DNA from: Nostoc sp. PCC 7120 = FACHB-418
GTDB taxonomy: Bacteria > Cyanobacteriota > Cyanobacteriia > Cyanobacteriales > Nostocaceae
Length of the DNA: 32,000 nt
Direction: 5' to 3'
Assembly: GCF_000009705.1 (NCBI RefSeq)
Contig: NC_003272.1
Location: forward strand, 2,100,001-2,132,000
The notes under the pieces were generated by a model that saw nothing but the letters and a program-made list of their open reading frames with translations, searched no databases and had not been told where the DNA came from. The stretch's first letter is position 1. Each line of letters starts with the position of its first letter. Shown here in pieces: positions 26,051 to 32,000 of the stretch. The position numbers and the translations under genes were made by a program.

Positions 26051-26767
26051 TTAATTACAGGCTGTATTCGTCGCCACTCCAAGACGCTGACATAAAGCCC
26101 TAAAGGAAGTACTAGTGCTAGAAATGTCGGTTGTCATTTCGAGTAGTGGTGCTTGCCGATCGCCTAAGTTACCAGTAAATGAATTTTGTGTTTTCTTATT
26201 AGATTGACCAGTACTAGCAGTTCGAGTTTTCGTAAAATCAACATCTGCCCTATAAACTCGAATGGCCAAGCGATAGCCATCATTGGCTGAACTTCCTGGA
26301 ACAGTAATTCGGGCAGCCTGAATGTAATATTCAAATGGTTTGTTCGTACAATCTGTTGTGGTGATATTGCCGGATCTTGTAAAGCAGTACAAGCCACTTG
26401 CCGATGAAGGGAGTGCCATTTTAGTTAAATCGTTAACTAAATAATCTTCTGGTCTCCCCGTGATCGGTGGTGTACCGGCAACATCGGCAATCCGTCTGGG
26501 ATCAGATGTGCTGGAAGCAGCAACTTCAATGGTTTGGCTTGGTGCGGCGATCGCTCCAGTTCTCACACCATCAATGAAGGATTTGGCAGCTTGTGTTGCT
26601 AGTTCCACACGTCTTGCCTGAACACGGGTAGCTGTTGACATCACTAGTACAGGTGCGATCGCTGTTAGCAAAATTGCTACTACGATGATTGCTACCAAAG
26701 ACTCAATGATGGTAAAACCGGAATCACTACAAGAAGTTTTTTGTTGCTGTTTTTTAAGTTTGATCAT
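26051..26767 (-). CDS. hpsB: Prepilin-type pseudopilin (HpsB position)
   Basis: SDSG|FTIIESLVAIIVVAILLTAIAP. AGGTGA lies upstream of the ATG. Confidence 0.7.
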   Translation of the reverse strand: MIKLKKQQQKTSCSDSGFTIIESLVAIIVVAILLTAIAPVLVMSTATRVQARRVELATQAAKSFIDGVRTGAIAAPSQTIEVAASSTSDPRRIADVAGTPPITGRPEDYLVNDLTKMALPSSASGLYCFTRSGNITTTDCTNKPFEYYIQAARITVPGSSANDGYRLAIRVYRADVDFTKTRTASTGQSNKKTQNSFTGNLGDRQAPLLEMTTDISSTSTSFRALCQRLGVATNTACN

Positions 26768-26797
26768 TGCTCATCACCTACTTTGAGAATTTGATTC

Positions 26798-29700
26798 TTA
26801 CGAGCAAGAACCACGTTGATCTGCATCTATGGCATTTGTATCGTCTGCGGCTTTCTTGGCACACAACAGAATTCTCACCCAAGGATCATCTCTACCAACT
26901 TCTCGGAAGAACTCATCAGGCAAATCATCGGGTATTGTGACTAATTTCTGGGCTAATAAGTCAGGCGATTGAGATAGTAACGCCACATCATAACCCCATT
27001 GCCGCAGAGGAGGTAGGTAGTAGGGAACTGTACCTCTATCGCCAGCGCCAAAGTTATTTATTTGATAGGCGCTACCTGAAAATACAGGCATAAATGGTGC
27101 AGTAGCATAAGTGCTACGTTTAACTTGATAAAAAGCCCCGTTGATTTTGAGTGCTGTTTCGGTAGCAGCAGTATTCCAATTTTCAATCAAGCGTACAAAG
27201 TTGTGTAAACCACCATTATCTTCCGCCCCACGAGTTGGGCTAGTTGTTTTAGGAACTGCGGCTGGGGTGTCTCCAACTGCGGCAATTACGTTGACAGTCG
27301 TTGCTGTGGCTTCTTGTAACCAATTACCATGCTTTCCAGCTTTGACAAAATCGTTATCTGGAACCTCAGGAGTACCAAATGGTCTGTTGTGTTGGAACAC
27401 AAAATCATAACGAATGTTGTTACCAGAAGCAGTTCCTTCTAGCCAAGGTATGAAGTAGGGCTGGCCGCTTGCATCTACCCCGTCTTTTGGTAGTGTTGTT
27501 CCTGTTAAAGGCCAGTCAAACTCTGCTATTTTGCCATCACTGGCAACGCCATAAACTTTTAGTGGAGTTGTTATTGCACCAGTATCCAAATTACGTACAA
27601 AGGCAATTCTAGATGGTTTATTTGGGTTAATATCACTGGTATTACAGTCTATTGGCGAACCACCAATGACTCCTGTTTTAATTGATGTTGCTGGTTTACC
27701 AATAATATCTGCTACACCGTTGTTATCTTTATCTCTCCAAGTACTCTGTCCTATGGCTTGTGTTGGGCAGGCATTTTTAATTGTCCAATTTCTAGGCGCA
27801 TCGCAAGTACTAGCGTAACAAACTTCCAGTAATAGCTGTTTAGCCCGAATTTTTCGTACAATTGGGGTGACAAAGTTGTTGAGATAGGAACTTCCTTGGA
27901 ATCCTGTTGTTGCATCTAAATCTTTGGGAAAGGCTGGAAAATTTCCATTGCTATCGGCGGAGGGATTAAACCAATTGGCAACTGGTACAAAAGAGTTTTC
28001 TGTGGAGAAAGTCCCGGCAGTTGCATAGTTAATCGGACTAGTAGGAACTGTACTTTGGATAAGCTGCCAATCATGGTCTGCTTCGTTGCGGAAGCCAAAT
28101 CTAAAGTTATTAGAAAGTACAGTCAGAGAATCTGCTAATACCGCAGCAGAGCGCCATTGATCACCAGTTGTACACTGCGGTAATCTAGGGTCGCCTGGAC
28201 GACAAGCAAAGTTAGTATTTAAGCCGGTGCGGCTGTAGAAATTGCCCCAATCAGCATCTAATGCTGTGTTAAATTCCTCTTGAGTGTGAAGATTAAAGTC
28301 ACCCTTAATATAGGCAGGCAAATTACTAGCTAAAATCAGTCCCTTCTCTGCGTCTCGATAGGTATTGCTGTCATTACGGGCAATTTTTTGACCGTTAATG
28401 AGCATAATGGCATTAGGACGACGATTAGGATCAAGTCTGTAATCTACGGCACTCTCTAGCCTCTCACTTTCAGTGGGAGCATTTGGATCTGCTGCCGCAC
28501 TTAAATCTAGTAGTGCATCATCACGAGTAGCGTAGATAATACCGCTATTGGGTAATAAATATTCCTGTGCTGGTGTGGTGGTACCGATTGTTTTTCTACG
28601 CAGCTTATTAATATCTAAGACAGTGGCACGGATTTCTAAAGGTTTTCTGTTTCTTCTAAATCGATCATAATTTCTACTCCCAGTCGTAATATCAGTTGCT
28701 TGAATTTGTCTGGGGTCTAAAAAAGCAACTTCATAAATAGAGCCATGATCAATGACTGTATCTGTAGGAGTATTCAGAGTACCATCAAAAATTGCCAAGC
28801 CACAAATTGCTGCATCCACAGCAGACTTTTCTGAGAGAGTGCGTTTCGTCGCATCTGTTTTGTTTAAAGCTCTTCTCAGTAATCTATCATCAATTGAACG
28901 TCCATTGGGATAGGTTAAATCTGCCAGATAACTCAGGACACTGCTGTAAGAACTTTCAGTCTTAGTTGTAGGAAAAGGGTAAACTATACCATTGTTGGAT
29001 AAACCACCAGTTGCACCATTAATTGGCAGGGTTGATATATTTTGCGCCGTAGTGCTATTAGTAGGGTCATAATAGCTGCTAACACAAGCAATAGGTGTGG
29101 GACTAGTCTGACTGTAACTAGCAGATTTGTAGTGATAGACGGCTGTTGCCCGCATCCGCAGATATGGTTGATCTGTTGGTTGACGTACTTCATAAGTAAC
29201 GTTTAGTCCATAATCTTTATAAGGTTGAATGGGGCTAGGTACTGAACTGGTTCTAACAGGTGAAAGATCAGGCCAAATTTGCTGGTTAAGTCCAGTAAAG
29301 GTAGTTGACGACAAATTTGTAGCAGTAACAGTATTAGGCAAATAAATTCCCGCGCCAGTTACTACTCGCAAGCCACCGACGGGTTCTTCTGGACTATTTG
29401 GTACTTGGGCTGCTGCTAATTCCCAATCTCCATCTCGGTCTGTACTACCTAAATCTTTCAATGTTTCTACACGACTGCGACGAGTGCGATCGCCATCGCC
29501 ATCATCCCATTTATAGTTACTAATAGTTTGGGTATCATCGGCATTTGGCCCTACAAATGCTCCTTTAGCTTGATCCCACCAAAGTTGAGGTAGGTTGTTA
29601 CCAACGACAGCGCGATCGCCAAAGTATCCTTCTACACCTTGTAATTGTCTTGAAAGTTTACTTGGCTCAGTTGCAGAAGGTCTGAGCTTGTCAGTCCCAT

Positions 29701-31300
29701 TTGCATTTAAACTCAACCCTGCATAACCGGTTGCATTTAAGCCATCGGCAGGATCAACAGGATAAATCCAAGGATCGGGGGGACGTAAAGTATTGTCAGC
29801 ACCTTGTAATACTTCACTTTCCTTAGTACCACCAACTTTGTAATCTCCTAGAGCATCACCATCAAAAGCCACTTCAGCATAAGGAACTCTGCGGGTACGT
29901 CTTCTAAAATAAAGCTCTAGTTGCTTGAAGCGTAAACTAGCTCTTTCAGCAGTCGTTAAGTCGGTTAAGCTTCTACCTTGCTTGGTTAATACATCTTGCA
30001 TCCCTTGAGTAACTTCTGACGGGTCACTACTTTCAGCGTTAGCTGTTTGGGCAGTAACTAAACGGTTGACACGTTGAGTATAAGCTAGGCTATTGTAAGC
30101 GATTTGTCTTGGGGAATGAGAAACTGATTTATTATTAACTGATGAATTTCTCAGCGCAGTATTGGCAGCACCAGGTGTTTTACCTTTATATAGATCAATT
30201 GATACTCCATTGGTATCACTGTTCTCTGTAATTATTCCAGATCCAATATTGCCTCCAACAACTATCTTGGCGTTTTCTGGATCGTAAAAACAGGATGCGT
30301 TTCCACTAACCTGATATAGTCTGATGCCATCACCACCTGTAGGTAAACCAGCCAGAAGGTTACTGTTAGTAAAAATACGTCCATTTAACCTAAAAGCAGG
30401 CCCAGGGGCTATTCCTAAGTCATCTTCATAAACAACAGCGTTGTTAACTAAAGGCAGTTGTACTCGGTCTTGTTGAAGCTCTAAAGCCGAGAAGCCTTGA
30501 CTACCTTTCTTCTTCTCATAATTGGTGTCTGTGGGTTCTGTGGTAATGGGAACACTGGCAGTGTAAGCAAAAAAGGCTTTTTTCAACTTAGTACCATTTC
30601 TAAACCAGCCTGTGTTACCTACCAAGGCTGCACTTGTATCTTGACCTGCTCCACAACTGCTACTGACAGTCCCAACAGTCATCGGCGGAGTTCTTGCCTC
30701 TAGAGGGTTTCTGGCACGAGTATATTGTCCGCCAGTCACGGGTGGATTTTTAAAGTAAATTCCATAAAGAGCATAGCTATCAAATTTACCGTTGTTATCT
30801 GTATCTATAGGGTACATCCACGCTGTTCTAAGTTCGTTAGAACTTTGAGTAAGTTTTAACTGAGTTTCGTCGCCAAAAGTATACTCATCAATGTTTGTTG
30901 TCAATGTACTATAAAGCGCGTCATCTGTTGGTGTAGCGCGTGGTAATCTTGGGTCTTGAAATAGCTTATTGATTTTTGCCCTAGCGCGGTCAATTGCAGG
31001 GGCAGCAGCATTGAGAGCTGCCTCGTTTACACGGACGTTACTGGCATTTTTAGCCCGTTCAAAAGACCTAAATAAAATTGCTGTGGTTAGTAGAACAACT
31101 ACTAAAGCAACCATTGCTACTGTTGGTAGCACAAATCCAGCATTTGCTGCTCTGCGACGGTTTTTGTTAATAAACAGATGGCGCAGTGTGGAGTTTATCT
31201 GCCTTTTAAGTGTAGATAAATGGTTTTGTTTAAATATGCTTTTTCTAAATAATTTCGCTGTTTTTCTGATTGTCTTGACTAGCTGGCGTTTTATATTCAT
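26798..31300 (-). CDS. hpsA: 1500-aa secreted/surface protein with a pilin-like, Glu5-less N-terminal helix (HpsA position)
   Basis: A single uninterrupted ORF with AGGAAAG 7 nt upstream of the ATG. Basic leader, then ANAG|FVLPTVAMVALVVVLLTTAILF (nt 31121-31138 encode GFVLPT). First gene of the array. Confidence 0.75.
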   Translation of the reverse strand: MNIKRQLVKTIRKTAKLFRKSIFKQNHLSTLKRQINSTLRHLFINKNRRRAANAGFVLPTVAMVALVVVLLTTAILFRSFERAKNASNVRVNEAALNAAAPAIDRARAKINKLFQDPRLPRATPTDDALYSTLTTNIDEYTFGDETQLKLTQSSNELRTAWMYPIDTDNNGKFDSYALYGIYFKNPPVTGGQYTRARNPLEARTPPMTVGTVSSSCGAGQDTSAALVGNTGWFRNGTKLKKAFFAYTASVPITTEPTDTNYEKKKGSQGFSALELQQDRVQLPLVNNAVVYEDDLGIAPGPAFRLNGRIFTNSNLLAGLPTGGDGIRLYQVSGNASCFYDPENAKIVVGGNIGSGIITENSDTNGVSIDLYKGKTPGAANTALRNSSVNNKSVSHSPRQIAYNSLAYTQRVNRLVTAQTANAESSDPSEVTQGMQDVLTKQGRSLTDLTTAERASLRFKQLELYFRRRTRRVPYAEVAFDGDALGDYKVGGTKESEVLQGADNTLRPPDPWIYPVDPADGLNATGYAGLSLNANGTDKLRPSATEPSKLSRQLQGVEGYFGDRAVVGNNLPQLWWDQAKGAFVGPNADDTQTISNYKWDDGDGDRTRRSRVETLKDLGSTDRDGDWELAAAQVPNSPEEPVGGLRVVTGAGIYLPNTVTATNLSSTTFTGLNQQIWPDLSPVRTSSVPSPIQPYKDYGLNVTYEVRQPTDQPYLRMRATAVYHYKSASYSQTSPTPIACVSSYYDPTNSTTAQNISTLPINGATGGLSNNGIVYPFPTTKTESSYSSVLSYLADLTYPNGRSIDDRLLRRALNKTDATKRTLSEKSAVDAAICGLAIFDGTLNTPTDTVIDHGSIYEVAFLDPRQIQATDITTGSRNYDRFRRNRKPLEIRATVLDINKLRRKTIGTTTPAQEYLLPNSGIIYATRDDALLDLSAAADPNAPTESERLESAVDYRLDPNRRPNAIMLINGQKIARNDSNTYRDAEKGLILASNLPAYIKGDFNLHTQEEFNTALDADWGNFYSRTGLNTNFACRPGDPRLPQCTTGDQWRSAAVLADSLTVLSNNFRFGFRNEADHDWQLIQSTVPTSPINYATAGTFSTENSFVPVANWFNPSADSNGNFPAFPKDLDATTGFQGSSYLNNFVTPIVRKIRAKQLLLEVCYASTCDAPRNWTIKNACPTQAIGQSTWRDKDNNGVADIIGKPATSIKTGVIGGSPIDCNTSDINPNKPSRIAFVRNLDTGAITTPLKVYGVASDGKIAEFDWPLTGTTLPKDGVDASGQPYFIPWLEGTASGNNIRYDFVFQHNRPFGTPEVPDNDFVKAGKHGNWLQEATATTVNVIAAVGDTPAAVPKTTSPTRGAEDNGGLHNFVRLIENWNTAATETALKINGAFYQVKRSTYATAPFMPVFSGSAYQINNFGAGDRGTVPYYLPPLRQWGYDVALLSQSPDLLAQKLVTIPDDLPDEFFREVGRDDPWVRILLCAKKAADDTNAIDADQRGSCS

Positions 31301-31722
31301 GGCTGCTTTCCTGTCAAGTTATTTGCTACTAACTTCTCTTTTTTTGACAATCGACAATTATGCCCATAGATCCTATCTAAAGGCATAATTAAAGTTATAT
31401 ATATTTTGCAAAACCCTGCTTTGCTAACTCCCAATTATTGGATTTTTTACTTTATACCATTCTTTAAGTTTTGAGATTTTTCGGTAAATACTGATTTTTT
31501 TCAAAATCTTAATTTTCTAAGTAAATAAGGAGAAAAACATCGTAGGTTTACATTTCGTTTACACAAATAGAGTTCATTGGTGGGTGACTTTATGAAGATA
31601 TGGCTATTTAGATAAACCTATAGTACCCAGCAACCGAATAAAAGATGTCAGTTGCAGCAGTTTTCGTTTGTCTGGAGTAGAAAGTGATTGATTTTAAGGC
31701 AGTTCCGATGACCTCTCCCAAA

Positions 31723-31793
31723 CCCCTCTCTCTTTAAAAGTTCTGTTCGGAGGAAACCTCCGCTCAGACTTTTCGCTCCGACGCGGAGAGGGG
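31723..31793. repeat. Nested-hairpin MITE-like repeat
   Basis: Outer arms CCCCTCTC(31723-31730)/GAGAGGGG(31786-31793); inner CGGAGG-aaa-CCTCCG (31748-31762). Confidence 0.55.
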
Positions 31794-31859
31794 CTTAAAT
31801 ATCCTGAAGCTCAACGAAAAATTAGGTTTTTGAAGCCTCTACGTCACTTGCTTCTCTGC

Positions 31860-31974
31860 GAGACGCTACGCGAACAAGTCGGGAAACCCGCCCAACGTAG
31901 TGGACTTGCAGGGGAGAGGTACCCTATGGGTAGGCTTTTGGCGGTAGCGAGTCCGCGTTCGCTTTTAGCGTCTC
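31860..31974. repeat. Long-hairpin dispersed repeat (GAGACGCTACGCGAAC ... GTTCGC-ttt-TAGCGTCTC)
   Basis: Terminal arms GAGACGCTA(31860-31868)/TAGCGTCTC(31966-31974). Shares an exact 14-mer with 15478-15491 in the opposite orientation. Confidence 0.6.
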
Positions 31975-32000
31975 GTAGAGAGCGTCACAGAACTTTGTAA

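Noticed and set aside
17622-31300. Interpreting the pseudopilin cluster as a complete type II secretion or type IV pilus system, or as a horizontally acquired island
   Set aside because: The window contains no ATPase, platform, secretin or peptidase genes, no integrase, transposase or tRNA boundary, and HIP1 sites are spread through the cluster.

Overview
The window is chromosomal DNA from a heterocyst-forming, Nostoc/Anabaena-type filamentous cyanobacterium. I infer this from 26 copies (counted by eye) of the HIP1 palindrome GCGATCGC, STRR-like heptamer arrays, nested-hairpin MITE-like repeats and the gene content. Coding density is high and mostly on the minus strand. There are three blocks. 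(1) 1-6.8 kb holds a GST, a pentapeptide-repeat protein and a metal-flavoured cluster. That cluster contains a COG0523 GTPase preceded by a near-perfect Fur/Zur-type palindrome, a WD40 propeller, a PsaA/ZnuA-fold lipoprotein in which all four canonical metal ligands appear substituted, and two paralogous small secreted proteins ending in GCxCxxC. (2) 7-17 kb holds housekeeping genes: tldD, coaE, ftsX, a GAF-PP2C phosphatase, ftsY, nusB and DUF502. Dispersed repeats sit between them, some as inverted pairs that bracket genes. (3) 17.6-31.3 kb holds eleven co-directional genes: a 1500-aa pilin-like giant, four prepilin-type pseudopilins, five transferases and a coiled-coil membrane protein. Their order and domain content match the hpsA-K hormogonium polysaccharide secretion locus as I recall it from Nostoc punctiforme. 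That system has been described genetically but its mechanism is open, so I do not call it new. Within it I flag Ca-loop-like motifs, a Glu5-less pilin N-terminus in HpsA, and a shared penultimate-Cys C-terminal loop. The most plausibly undescribed element is the ligand-less binding protein with its flanking CxCxxC secreted proteins. I saw no rRNA, tRNA, CRISPR array, transposase or integrase. All family assignments come from motif recognition by eye; no searches were run.
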